Below are positions 41,031-53,601 of a DNA stretch of 64,000 nucleotides, piece by piece; the stretch's first letter is position 1, and each line of letters opens with the position of its first letter. Source of the DNA: the human T2T-CHM13v2.0 reference genome, Homo sapiens. The stretch lies in assembly GCF_009914755.1 (NCBI RefSeq), contig NC_060947.1, one strand, 5' to 3'. The notes beneath the pieces are model-generated. The model did no database searches, was not told the origin of the DNA, and was given only the letters and a program-made list of their open reading frames with translations. Both the position numbers and the translations under genes were made by a program.

Positions 41031-41300
41031 ATTTCTCTTTCTCTCTCACTCTCTTCCTTTCATTCTAGTATTCTTTATTATTTTTCTCTCTCTCTCGTTC
41101 GCTCGCTCTCTCGTACTCTCTCTCTTTTCCCTCCTTTCCTTTTTCTTTCCTTTCCCCTTTTTCTTTCCCTTCTTTTTCCCTTTCCTTTCCTTTCATTTTC
41201 TTTCCTTTCCCCTTCCCTTCCCTTCCCTTCCATCTCTTCCTTTCCTTTCCTTTCTTTTCTTTTGCTTTCCTTTCCTTTTTTTCCCTTTTCTTTCCTTTTC
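41031..41300 (+). repeat. ~270-nt polypyrimidine (CT/CCTTT/CTTT) tract just after the stop codon
   Basis: Directly visible; almost purine-free from ~41115 to 41300. Confidence 0.95.
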
Positions 41301-41999
41301 ATAAGAGGTTCTAACTTCTGTTGACAAAGGAAACACATACTCTCTCATTCAGGCTTCTCAATGCTGATACACAGTTACATTAAGCAGTCCAAGCTGGGAT
41401 CTCATATTCCTGGCTCCCCGGGCAACAGTTCCCTTTAGCCTTTTCTGCTGATCAATACATATTGTTTACTCAGAGTAAGGTTTGTTTGGTCGCTCCTCTC
41501 TAGGAAGAACAAGGAGTGGGATAACGTGGGGGCGGGGTGGGGCGGGGGAGGGATTGGGAAGACAGATGTGTGCCTCTGAATAACCTTTCAGCGCCTTGGT
41601 TATAGCAGCTGTATTTCAGGTGAAATTTGTTTTACAATAGACTAGTTTTGCATTTTTAAAAACTTCTATAGCGTTTCTAAATGTCTGCGGTGTTTTACTA
41701 CAATCTGTACACAATATTTGTGAGATAATTTGTATCTAATCGACCACTCCATGTTATTATTGCTATTATTATTACTACTTCGTTGAGCTGATGGCTTTTT
41801 AATTGCTTAGAAAAGGGAGGAGATGAATGGGAATAGGCGGGGAGAGAGATGCCTATCTACTCACCCCCCCCCCCCCTTCCCAAATCTCTATGAGGAGGAG
41901 AGGATACAACGAAGAGAGTTATTGATGATGATATTGGTTATATTTTTTTTCCGGGGTGGAGTGCCTAGGAAGGGCAGAATAGGGAAGCCTATTAGGTTT

Positions 42000-43140
42000 G
42001 CAAACTAGTGCGAAGTAGCAGCGGCGATTTCGCAGCTTTCTGCCCTCCCTCCTGGAAGTGTGGAGCCCGCGCAGGCTACCGCAGCATAGATCGAGGTATC
42101 TGAGAAGGATTCGGCGGCAACTCTGGGCCAAAGAGGTGGCCTGACAGTCTGGGAGGGCTCCGCACTCACCGGACTCCAGGATTCCTGCGCGCAGAAATCC
42201 AGGCCCCCAGCCTCGCTAGGGCGACCTTCCGCGCGACCTCACTTCGGCCCTCCTAGAGGAAAGACTTTGCCTTCACACGCGATTACTTTCACTGGAGATC
42301 ACGACCCGGAGACGCTGGCGACTGGGCCAGCGCCTCCCATTTCGGTTCACCTCCAGTTCACCGCCCCCTCTGAGTAAGAAACCCTTGGGGAGGGGTGGCG
42401 AGGGAGTGGGGGATAGGCATTCTCTGCTCAGTGCAGAACGGCAATGAAATGATTGGCAAAGGTCACAGGGATTCTAGTCCATCCGCGTACCACCTCTCCC
42501 CCCATGTATATACCGCTGTCTGTGTGTGGGCTCGTGGGGAGCTGTCTCGGCGTTTCTGATAAGCACAGCTGGTGGAAGCCCACAGCGACGATCCAGCGAG
42601 CTAGCGAGCGCCCGGGAGGCTGGGTTCCTGCTTTTTAAAATATAAATATATATATATTTTTAAATCTCTGTGTGTATGTGTCTCTGTGCGTGTGTGTGTG
42701 TGCGTGCGCGTGCAAACGTGTGTGTGTAGATAGCTGTGTGTATCGCGTTACTATGTACAAAAACAAAAAGTACAAAAAAAAAAAAAAACCTGGCTAGGCT
42801 GTGTAGAGATCCCAAAAATATGCAGTTGCTGTGGCTTTATTGCTAGCTAGTATCCACACACCAGGTCCACAGGCGAACCTCATTCCCAAGGAGCACACAC
42901 GTGTGAGGCCGGCCAAGCACCCAACACCCAGCCGCCGCCGGCCAGACCTGGCTGGGGGCGCTGCACGCCACTGCTGGCCGCCTAGTCCGGCCTTTAGGCG
43001 CAGCTGCTGTAGACAAAGCTTCAAACTACCTAAGGACCAGAAAGCCCGGCCCGGTTGTCGAGGATGCGTTAGTATGAGTTGCCAGGCCTCTGGTCCACCA
43101 CACTGTGTCTCCCTCAGCTGCAGGTCGAAGAGCATGTGTT
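42000..43140. promoter_or_regulatory. CpG-rich island inside the 3'UTR, split by (TA)n, (TG)n and A-rich tracts at ~42635-42790
   Basis: Many CpGs (gcggcgatttcgc, ccgcgcgacc, gccgccgccgg) against an AT-rich background. Confidence 0.75.
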
Positions 43141-43439
43141 AATTCAAATCCCGGACCCTTCTACTTTTTTGTCAAGTCTCTGCATTCTGTTGGTAGTTAG
43201 GTTTTAGTTCTGGGATTTTATTTTTTTTTCCCCCACACTGAGTTCATGTTTTACAACTGTTGGGAGTTTTTTGTTTGTTTCGATTTTTTTTCTTTGCAGT
43301 TAATTGCTATGGTTCGAACCTGAGTTAACCCAAATATTTCTGCCGACTTTATAACTGTACAGTTTTGTATATTAAACGTTTTTGAAGTTATTAATTTAAA
43401 GAAAGATCATTTAGTTTATTCATTTAGTAACTGATGTAT

Positions 43440-43740
43440 AATAAACGCTATTTTCATTAAGAGTTGCTTTTTCAACTATTTTATTCAAATTGCCTATTGC
43501 AGTTGCCAACAATTATTTATTTTCAATAAATTCTGCATTGTGTTTAAAAGGAAATTCTTTCACAGATAAGTTGGATGTCAAAAAGAAAACAATTCGCTGT
43601 AATGTTTGATGTGAAGTTTTAGTCAAGGGGTTTATATTGACGCAATATTTTATTGTTGTAAAAGATTAAAAAGGTTTAAATAAAACATTTTTCCAAAAAA
43701 AAAGTTTTCTTCTCCTGGTCTTATTGTGTGCTGTGTGAGG
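43440..43740 (+). terminator. Polyadenylation signal cluster
   Basis: AATAAA at 43440-43445, 43525-43530 and 43679-43684; the last is followed by a T/GT-rich downstream element (gttttcttctcctggtcttattgtgtgctgtgtg). Confidence 0.7.
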
Positions 43741-44016
43741 TGGAGCGTTTAAACAGAGGCACATTCCGGGTGAACAGCACTTCTGCTTTGCTTCAGCTTA
43801 TAAATCATTAGTCATTGTTTTGACTCTTGATTCCCTTCCTCTGACTTTCGGCCTTTCAGCTCAGCTCTGAAATACACTGGCGCACACGGCACGGCCTATT
43901 CTGGAGCCCACGCTCACGCAAAGCACAGCACAAATTGTGGGAACCCGCATAGGGAAGGCTCGAGGTGGGTTTTATTTTAGGAGGTGCAACCTTACTAATG
44001 TTCTCCAAAAAGAGAG

Positions 44017-44061
44017 TCTCTCTCTCTCGCTCGCTCGCTCTCGCTTTCTCTCTCTCTCTCT
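44017..44061. repeat. (CT)n/(CTCG)n microsatellite
   Basis: tctctctctctcgctcgctcgctctcgctttctctctctctc. Confidence 0.9.
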
Positions 44062-45484
44062 GCCAGCAGATAGACCTTTCTCCAAACCTGCCTCTCCTGA
44101 AACTGAGCTCAGATCTTCTATAAGGCTGTCATTTCGCCTCACTGCACCCATCCTTCTTCTTCCTCTCCATTCTGTTAGGTTCCCTTTTGGTACCTGATCC
44201 CTCATTCCCCTGAGGAGGGATGGGAGGATGATAATAGGTAAGGAGAAGCACTCTCCCTCTTAAGGCTCTTCCTAGGCCCAGAAACGCAGGTAAACTGTTT
44301 ATCCCAACAATGCTGAACTCTGTCCATTCCTATCTGAGTATGGGGGGAAGGAAAACATAATACAAGGAGATATTTTGGGGGTGGGAGTTTGATTACACTC
44401 TTCTTCCCACTCCCATACACAATTTCATTTGTTTTATTTTATTTCACAAGACCCTCCATAAAATAAGTGACTGTTACCTTTAGTGATAGTTGAGGAGTAA
44501 ATTACCAAATCTGAACCAGTTCTGTTTTAATGTTTTGTATGTACAGGCATGCCTTATTCAACTTTTTTTGGTAGATGCATATGAAGCAATGAACAGGACA
44601 TTCAATAATTTCCCAGCAGTAAACCCCCCTCAATTCATAGTCTGAAGTAGGTGTTTTTGTTAGAGGACCCAAAATGATTTAATCATTTGAATAGGTAATG
44701 ATTACAGCATATGATGTCTTGTATTTTTCAAAGTGCCTAATAATTTACAGCTCCATGGTGCATCACACACGATTGTTGTGTATGAAATACGGCACATGCT
44801 GTGTGTATAGTCATGGGCATATCACTCTTTATAAATAATATTTATTCTATACAGGTATATGTACAGGCACAAAACTCAAAGTTTTAAGCCTCTTGGTTCT
44901 CTTTCAGTTCATACCAACTAACTTGCTTCTCTTTCAATATACTATAAAAATTAGAATTGGTTAAAAAGTTATAGCTTTTCTCACAAAACTGCACAAATAT
45001 CAACTTTCAATGTATCCTGAACTCTTTAATGGAACCTTTTGTAGATATTTTAGGAGATACAAAAACATATATACACATTTATCACTATCATCAGTACTTT
45101 TATTAATATACATTACTCATATTTTTATATGTATTTTCAGATTTGTTTTCTTTACTGCTCCTTTTCTTTCTCCTGAAATATAATCAAGTCCTAACTGGTT
45201 TTTCTGATCAACATTTTTGCAACATGAACATATTTTCACTAAAAATCGGGAGATGTTGGTGTTTCTGCCTGGGGCTTCCTTTATCTTGAGTTGCTGCTAA
45301 TCCTGCTTCAAACCAAGGCCTTTGTAAAAAAAAAAAAAAAAAGTGGCTTTGTCTTCAGTTTTTCTCAGGCCTTCACAACAGTAGCTCTCTTTCTCATGAA
45401 ATAAGAATTGGTAGGTTCCAAAGAACAACAACAGTAAATCATATCTAATGGGTAAAAGCAAAAAAGTTCCCTCTCCTTCACCAG

Positions 45485-45660
45485 ATCAGAACAATAGAAA
45501 ATGCAGAGGTTGTGGAGGGAGGTAGGATGTGAAAAGAGTGAATATACAGGTGTTACAGATGTGTAAACAAAGTCAAATATGCAAATCAACTATATATTTG
45601 CATATAAACATACCTTGGTTGTCTAAATGGCTGTGGCTCTCTGCATGCATAACAAAAGGG
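45485..45660. promoter_or_regulatory. Candidate POU/SOX/FOX enhancer
   Basis: Two perfect octamers (45579-45586, 45596-45603), SOX motifs (45490-45497, 45566-45572), FOX motif (45562-45570), SOX-OCT-like TGCATAACAA (45646-45655). Confidence 0.55.
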
Positions 45661-48600
45661 AAATAGATTACAAAAATCAAGCATTTATATTTTGGACAAT
45701 AAAATAAGAAAATGAATGTTATCCCTGGAAATTTGTTTCTTACCTTTAAAAGAAAAGGGTAAGGGGAAATATGCTTAAATTAGTATAGGAAGTGTGCTTC
45801 TCTTTAATAAAATCAAAGACTATTCCCTTGGAAGTATTTAGCATTCCCATATTTCTCTTGCTCCCAAATCAGGCTGCTGTTGTGTTAATTGTCTGTAGGC
45901 TAAAAGTAGAAATATACATTTCTGGTTTTATTTAAAAAAAATTTTTGGCGGTGGGGGAAGTGGGGAGGAGAAGAAAGAGGAGAATGGAGAAGTAGAAAAT
46001 GGTTACAGGTTAAACAGTTCAGTTTTCCAAAGAGAATAACGTATTTTCCCACCTGTCAGATATTGTTAAAGACACATATGGAACTTCAGAATTGTGGAAA
46101 TTTTTTCTGTGACTAAGTACTTAAAAATCCAAACATGTGACCCTTTCAAAAAAAGTCTTGAAAGGAATAAAAAGTAACAATGCAGCACAGTGCCATTAGA
46201 ATTGATGTCACTCACACTCATCCATTCTGTAAAATAAAAGAGTAGACATTCTTTATACATGCCCCTGATAGCAGTTTTAAAATAGTAATCCCCCAGCTTA
46301 TTCACCTACTGATATTGGTTTTTAAAGCATTAAGAACAGTGAATATAAAATATATTTGAAACCAATTAAGGCTTTTTTCTAACATAAAAGTATCTTTTCT
46401 TAAGAGCACTGCTGGTGCAGCATTTCCCAAACTAGGGGATTAGTTAAAAGAATACAGTCTTGAAAACAAAATTTAGTTAATTTCTGCAATCTCTAAGAAG
46501 GGGTAGAAACAAGAATCTAGACTACTGTTCCTGTAAACCAAATCCACAAAATTAAACATTTGTGCATTCCAGTAAAAAATGCATTGCCTTACTATGCTTT
46601 CTTTCATCAACATGAGAATGGAACTACACCTATTCACACTTCACACATTATTTAATTAACTAGATAGAAGACTGGATTCTCTTTACAACACTATTTGTTA
46701 TCAGGAGCATTTGGTATAAGGTTCATCTTATATGGCTTCCAAGGCGGGTGTTTATTCAACTACCAAAAGGGCCTTATTATGAAGTGCACTCATCCTTGAA
46801 GGGAGGGAATCTCAGGACAGCTTGCTTTCGGCTGAAATTCTACAGTATTTAATACAAGTATATTGTGTAGACACATACCCACAGTCATAAATGCATTCCT
46901 TTTCCTTCCCCTCAAACCCTACCACCCCACCCCTGCACTTGCACACAGACACTATGATTTAACAAAAAGCAGACTGTCCCTCAGAGACCAAAAAGGAAGA
47001 GATCAACTCATTGACCAATTTATTAAGTTTGTCTTTTCATCTGTCTTCCTAGTCAAGCTGTGTCCACACCATTCTGGTGCAGTCAACTGAAAAGAGAAAA
47101 AAATCTCTCTGTCAAACTCTGTTTTATCTATGTAATGTCTCAAACCTAGTTTGAGTGATTCTTTCTCCAACTCTGATACATACAGAATTACTGTTTGTGT
47201 TGGCATTTTGTAGCAATTTCTATTATATCAGCATTGCTTCTTGGGAGAAAGGGCACCATCTAAACATTTTTAATATTGATTACTTCTCATCTTCCTTAGT
47301 TATTTTTCACATACTGTAGAATCCCATTCTAATGTAGCTGATTAACTCTCACATTTGGCCAGACTGGAGACCAGCCCTTACCCTGACCCCTTTTCACAGA
47401 CATGGAAAAGCCTGCTATAAATGTATAGTGTAAAGCTTGTAAAGTGGATGTTAGCAACCCCCCACCAGCAGACCAATATTAAAAAGAGGTTTTTACACAT
47501 AATTTACATTTGGTAAGAGATTTTCCTCTACCATAATTCTTGCAATCTGAGCACAGAAAACCACACACATACCCATACCACCTGCAAAGATCACTGCTAG
47601 ACATCATATTTTTAAAGCACAGAAAATAGAAGGCTATGGACCAGCGGCAGTAGTTCGTTGGTCTTCAAATGGCATGTAATTCCAAGTTGCAGAAATGGCT
47701 ATCTGAGTGGATGTCTTGCAGAGAGGAATAGTATTTTTCTTCATGATTTGCTATTCATACTCTACCTGTCATGGTACTGGTAGTATTCATGTTTAATTAA
47801 TGTCATTTTTTTCTATAAAATGTATTACCACAAGAGCATATGTATACATGCATATAGAAAAGATCTGAATCAAAGGCAGAAGTATCTCTCAAACCTCTAG
47901 TGGTGTAGAAATTAAGCAGAAAAAAAATCATATTTGTGAACTATATTGGCATAATCAGGGACTACGTCTGTTCAGAACAGTGTACAGCAGCCACTTCTAA
48001 GCAATAGGGTTTGACTTGCTCCCCAGTGGACAGTAGTTCTCTACAAATGAATTTCTCTCACCATAAGAGAGGAGTTGAGTGTGTTTAACCTGAAATTCTG
48101 AATTCTGAGCCTTTCACTGGAGTAAGAGTGTTTGAAATTCTAGATAAACATACTTGTATTAATCACCTTCATTTTCCATGTTATTTCCTGGGTGACAATA
48201 CTTTAACTCCTCCAGATTTTATACTAAAAGTGAAAACAAAGTAATTTTTAAGGTAGTTATTTCATGTGCCCTGAGTCTTCCCCCCATCACTGTCCATGGA
48301 GAAGTAGGCAATATTGGCTCTATAGATGCTCCCCAGCAGCCTCCTCAGGGCAGGTAAAGGAAGTTAGTGTAGAAAGGATTGCAAGACAAAGGATCTGCTG
48401 CCTACACTGAGAGCTCCAGCCTCTCATCTACAGTGGAAAATCAACTGATAAAATACAGTCCTATAGTCTCTTCTACTCCTTAATGATCTGCTTCTGCATG
48501 TCCTACTATGATGTTTTCGATTGAATTAGAAAACTAACTAGCTTTGTTTTCAATGGATTAAAGTTATGTCTAAACAAGTAATTTCAAAATTGCTGACTTG

Positions 48601-49849
48601 AAATCTTTTTATTTTCTAGAGCTTTCTCTGCACAATTATTTGCACTTTGTATTACTGTGTTCCTTTATGCATGATTTTGAGAACTCACAATAGAAAAATT
48701 TAAGTTAAAGGCAATAATAATCTTTTAAATTTACATACTGTCTTTCCTCCCTAAAGATTCCTAGGCAATTTGGAAATGATGTGCACACTATACTTTGCAA
48801 CAATCAATATGCAAAGCACAACAAAATGACCACTTCAGGCCACACAAAATGATCACACTAAGACCAGGCAAAAAGATCATTAATATCAATAGGCATCCTG
48901 TGCACAACTAAAGAGCAGTATATGCCATGGGTCTCATTCATTGCTGTGTGAGAGTATGAAAGTGCTTGTACTCACATCTCAAACAAATCAAGTCCAACAT
49001 TTTCAACTCGTATCATATAAGAGATAATAGGCAAATAAAGTGAACACAAAAACATTTGAAAATTATTGATTAAAGTTGTCTTTGAGTCTTCTGGAGAAAA
49101 ACAAGTATTTTGGTAACTGAAAGACCAACAATACTCAAAGGTAATTGTGCCTTTAAGATATGTGATATTATAAATTAAAATTGTTGTAAGCATTTGTGAA
49201 AAACGTAATGACAAAATAGCCAATTTGAAAATCACAGACTCTCATTTGCGTGTGTGTGTGTGTATGCTACCGCCTATCTATATTTCAGTCTGTATTTTGT
49301 AAAAATGACCAAGCTGTTCAGATTGTGGGGGAGGGGGTGGTTAGTTTTAAGTAAATTAAGTTAAAACAGGACTCTCAGGTCAGAGACTCTTAAGAGTTTA
49401 ATAGAGACCAACTTATCTTTTGGCTCATTTTTAACACCTATGACAATGAGATATGTGATACAAATGGTGACTCCTCTATAGCAAAATAAGTTTAAATTAT
49501 ATTACCATTACCCCCGAGAGTATGCAACCATTTTAAAAAATGTTTTGAAAAACATATCAAGAATCAAACTAGCTGTGATGATATTGAATATTCGCTGGAA
49601 TATATGTGTTGCTCTAAAACTCTTTGCATGTCCTAACCCTGTTTCATGCCTCTGGCTGTCAGAATTTTGCAGCGCCCACTCAAAGTTCAGTGTCAAATTA
49701 AAAAGTGACAAGAATGGAGCAGCATAAATAACAGCTTAAAGCTTTTCTCTACTTTCCCACATACAAACATATGAATTTCAAAACCCAGCAGGTTCTGCTG
49801 AATAAATATGTTCAGATTTCATATATAAGTTGCAGAATAAAAATGGCAA

Positions 49850-50010
49850 CAATATTCAATTCAACAAAAATTTATTGAGTGCCTGCTTTGTTAAAGTGGC
49901 ATGTGAAGCATGTGGAGTAAGGCAAGGAGCTTGCTTCAAAGGGCTAACAATACCTGCGGTAAGATAAGAATAAGAAATGTACATAACTAACTGTTAAATA
50001 AAGGAGTGCT
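49850..50010 (-). mobile_element. L2 LINE 3' fragment
   Basis: attcaattcaacaaaaatttattgagtgcctgct. Confidence 0.65.
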
Positions 50011-50258
50011 AGAGATATGTACTATTATCAATGTGGATGCCACTACTCTCTATTTTTATTGTTCCTTTTTTAATAATACACATTCATACCCAAACATAGC
50101 ATTTATTTGTGCTATTTTAATAATATTGTGCATCCTTGTTGAAACCCAGGTAGATGCAATTATTAGTTGATTTATATGTCTAGACAATAAAAGTGTTAAT
50201 TTGAAAATTCCTATAACTGAATTTAGCTCTGTTGAGCTTGAATGACTTTTGTAAGGTA

Positions 50259-50466
50259 TTTTTTGTTTTGAGACAAGCTCTAACTTTGTTGTCCAGACTG
50301 AAGTGCAGTGGGGTGATCATGGATCACTACACCCTAGACCTCCGGGGCTCAAGTGATTCTTCCCATTTTAGCCTCCTGAGTAGCTGGGACTACAGGCCTC
50401 AAATGATCCTCTCATCTCAGCATCCCAAAGTGTTGGGATTATAGGAATAAACTACCGAGCCTGGCC
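50259..50466 (-). mobile_element. AluJ with a ~100-bp internal deletion
   Basis: Reverse Alu; gggactacaggc joins directly to ctcaaatgatcctc, removing the linker. Confidence 0.88.
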
Positions 50467-51624
50467 TCTAAGAAAATGTTTTTAAAGGGATAAAATGTTG
50501 AAGAATAAACACACTGCAAGCTTCTAAAAGTCACCTTCTATTCCTCTGCTTCCCATTGGAAAACTGGGAATTAATGGCAGGTAACCTGAGCAATGTGAAA
50601 TATTCACCTCCCCTAATTTTCAGTCCTTTTCTAATTAGAGATTTTGTGTGTGTCTCACAATTCTGTAACTAGTTACATGAGTTAAGTTAGTACTTGAGTT
50701 AAGGAGGAGGGAAAGACTCAGCAGCAGGTGCTAGGAATCAGACTGCAAAGCAAGGAGGTTCTGTTTGATGGTTCTGCTCCACTGTGGACTTCATTCCATC
50801 TGATTTATAACATGGTAAGAACAATAGGCAAAGAGAAGCATGAAAAAATACATTTCTAGACTAGAAATCCCTGTTTGAAAAATTACGGGTATTGTGATTT
50901 AAAACAAGTAAGGAAACTAAAAACATCCACCAGATTGGTAACAGTTTTTTGTAACCAAATTGTCCCCAGCTAAAAGTCGGCCTCATTGAGATTTTTGGTA
51001 GTACATTTCTCCATTGACTAGTAATGTATGGATTCATTTCTATGAATTCAGCAACCTATGGGGAAAAGGCATTGATGTTTAAAGTATGACTATTTAGTTG
51101 ACTTGTTAGGATGATATTCAGAGCTTGAAGAAACCTAAATCTCTAACAAAAACTCATTAAGCATGGAATGCATTCTGTGCTTGTTTTCTTTTCTTTATGT
51201 ATTTTTCCCTTTTTGAAATGCATTCTACAAAGCAAAGCTTGCAGCGCTATTTCAAAATTTCCAATTATTTTGTGGAAAATATGCTCAGCGTGAAATATGT
51301 TCCCTAACACTGATAAAAGACATAATCAGAGAGGAATAAGAAAATCATTCTGAATGGGCCTGCATTTGCACTCTTAACACAGAGTAATGAGAGACAGGAG
51401 CATGCTTATCTTAGGGGAAAGGACTAGAAATACAGTAGACAATCTCATGAAAACGCTGTCTGCCTCACTAAGCTTTTCAGGACAGACTGCTACTGTATCA
51501 GTCATGCTCTTCAGGGAACAGAGATGAACTCGGGTAGAGTTGCATCAGTGAAATAGTGAGCAATGCTCCAACAGGATCCTAAAAGACTGAACGAATGCAT
51601 TTTGAGTTTGTCAGGCTTAACCCA

Positions 51625-51790
51625 GATGTATTTATGTCCATCAATATTTTGGTTGTGATATTGTACTATAGTTTTGCAATATGTTACTATTGGGAGATAC
51701 TAGGTAAAGGGCACATGGGTGTTTCTGTACTAGCCTTAAAACTTTCTGTAGATCTACAATTACCTCTAAAAAATTTTCAATTAAAAACTT
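51625..51790 (+). mobile_element. L1MC/L1MD-like 3'UTR fragment
   Basis: ggttgtgatattgtactatagttttgcaa...ggtaaagggcacatggg...tctacaattacctc. Confidence 0.7.
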
Positions 51791-52309
51791 CAAAGCACAG
51801 GTTTAACAATTAAATAAACGCTAACTCAAATTATTTATCTAACATTCAGTAATTTTCATGACAATAAATGTTGACCTTTCATTTTTCTGTTTTTGATTTT
51901 CTTTTTTTGTTGTGGGGGAAAGTTTTGGGTGAAGCAGTGTCTGAATAAAACCAGGCTCTTCTGAGTTTTTCTTGAACTTTCAATAAGCTCCTGTCTCTGG
52001 CACCTACAGAGCCCTCAATCCCACACTGGGACACTAGAAATCCTGATCATACACCTGGAATGCTTTCTGATTGATTTCTTGTCCTAGCTGAGGTAACTGC
52101 CTACAATATCAGCCACAATACCAACCCAGGGACTGGCACCCCAATTAAATGAGTGCCTGAGGAATAACCCCTCAAAAACTAGGTATGGAATCCCTTGTGG
52201 AAATATGAGTTTAATAATTTCAGAACCATTCATTAATTCAACAAACATTTATTGAGCACTTACCATATACCAGAATTTTGAAATCGGTATTGCTTTTGGG
52301 GATTTATTT

Positions 52310-52540
52310 TTATAGTCTGGATTTTGATTTGAGTTTGAATTCTAGGTTTGCAGCCTATCTAGCTGTGGGAGAATGAGCAAGTCCTTTAACATCTGTATCT
52401 CAGTCTTTCTGCCTATAAAATGGGAATAATAATTGCACCTATCTAATAAGGTTGTTGTAAAATTTAATAATATAATCACACAAAACGCTTACCTTGGTGC
52501 CTGACATAAAGTGCTCACTTGATATTAGCTCTTATTGCTC
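52310..52540 (+). mobile_element. MIR SINE (preceded by an L2 tail fragment ~52225-52275)
   Basis: gagtttgaattctagg...gagcaagtcctttaacatctgtatctcagt...tataaaatgggaataataat. Confidence 0.8.
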
Positions 52541-52823
52541 TGTTTGTTTCTCCTCCTATTCTATGTTCTGTATTATGCATAAAATTGCAATATGGTTGAA
52601 GTTCATTTAAACAGAGTGGAGAGGAAGTTTCCTCTTCATTATTGACTACTGTAGTGCTTCACAACATCTTTTTTTCCCCATTTTAACACGCATGACAATT
52701 GACCCTTATATGAGCAACATACTTTTTTTCCCCCAGCATTATGTGCAATTCCCTGGACATTAACTGTAATGTAGGACCTTACGAGTGCTATATCATCAAG
52801 AAAAACCTTGAATCTGTTCTGAC

Positions 52824-53111
52824 TTTTTTTTCCTTTTCTTTGGAGGCAGAGTCTTGCTCTGTCACCCTATCTGGAGTGCAGTGGTGAGATCTCTGCCTAC
52901 TGCAACCTCCACCTCCCATACTCAAGCCTCCTGGGTAGCTGGGATCACAGGCACACATTGCCACATGTGGTTTTTTTTTTTTTGTATTTTTAGTAGAGAT
53001 GGATTTTCTCCATTTTAACCAGGATGGTCTTGAAATCCTGGCCTCAAGTGATCCGCCCGCCTCAGCCTCCCAAAGTGCTGGGATTACAGGTGTGAGCCAC
53101 CGTGTCCGGCC
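52824..53111 (-). mobile_element. Alu (old S or J subfamily)
   Basis: Reverse dimeric Alu ending gtgagccaccgtgtccggcc. Confidence 0.93.
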
Positions 53112-53496
53112 TGATTTTATTTATTTTTTAACAAGGCACATAAGTCTCACACTTCGGTACTGCAACTACCATTAGCAACACACTCTTTTTGATGCACCCC
53201 ACAACATATTGAAACACAATAGTTTGTTGTCGCACCAAGATTGAAAATTGCTGGTGTACAGGGATATCTATGGGTTTTCCAAGCTAAACCATAAGCAAGT
53301 AACACTCTTATCCCAGCTTAACCTTTATAAATAACTACTATGTCTTATTCCCATTAACGAAGAAAATTGAAAAGTGACTCCACTACAATAACATAGAAAT
53401 TCCTATCTCCTTTGTGTTCACCATCACTTATAAAAAAAGATTCATATTTCTTATTTCTATACCTATTTCTAACTTAAATCCAAGAAGGCTTCCCTG

Positions 53497-53601
53497 AAAG
53501 TTGTGCAGTTGCTTATTCCCTTTCTTAGAATATTTGAAATATATTGAATATTTGAAATTGTTAAATATTCTAGGGAAGAGAATAAGCAACTGCACAACTT
53601 T
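53497..53601. repeat. Inverted repeat with 39-bp arms and a 27-nt spacer
   Basis: aaagttgtgcagttgcttattc... (53497-53535) pairs with ...gaataagcaactgcacaacttt (53563-53601) at 36/39 positions. Confidence 0.92.

Larger units (their letters stand above)
40986..43702 (+). other. POU3F4: Probable long (~2.7 kb) 3'UTR of POU3F4
   Basis: I saw no AATAAA between the stop codon and ~43.4 kb; an AT/U-rich terminal segment (43140-43700) then carries three AATAAA signals. Confidence 0.7.

Noticed and set aside
42794-43142. 103- and 113-aa ORFs in the 3' CpG island
   Set aside because: GC-rich DNA is poor in stop codons; no homology recognised.
50664-50677. 14-bp perfect palindrome TGTAACTAGTTACA
   Set aside because: Short enough to occur by chance in 64 kb and does not fit the RFX X-box.
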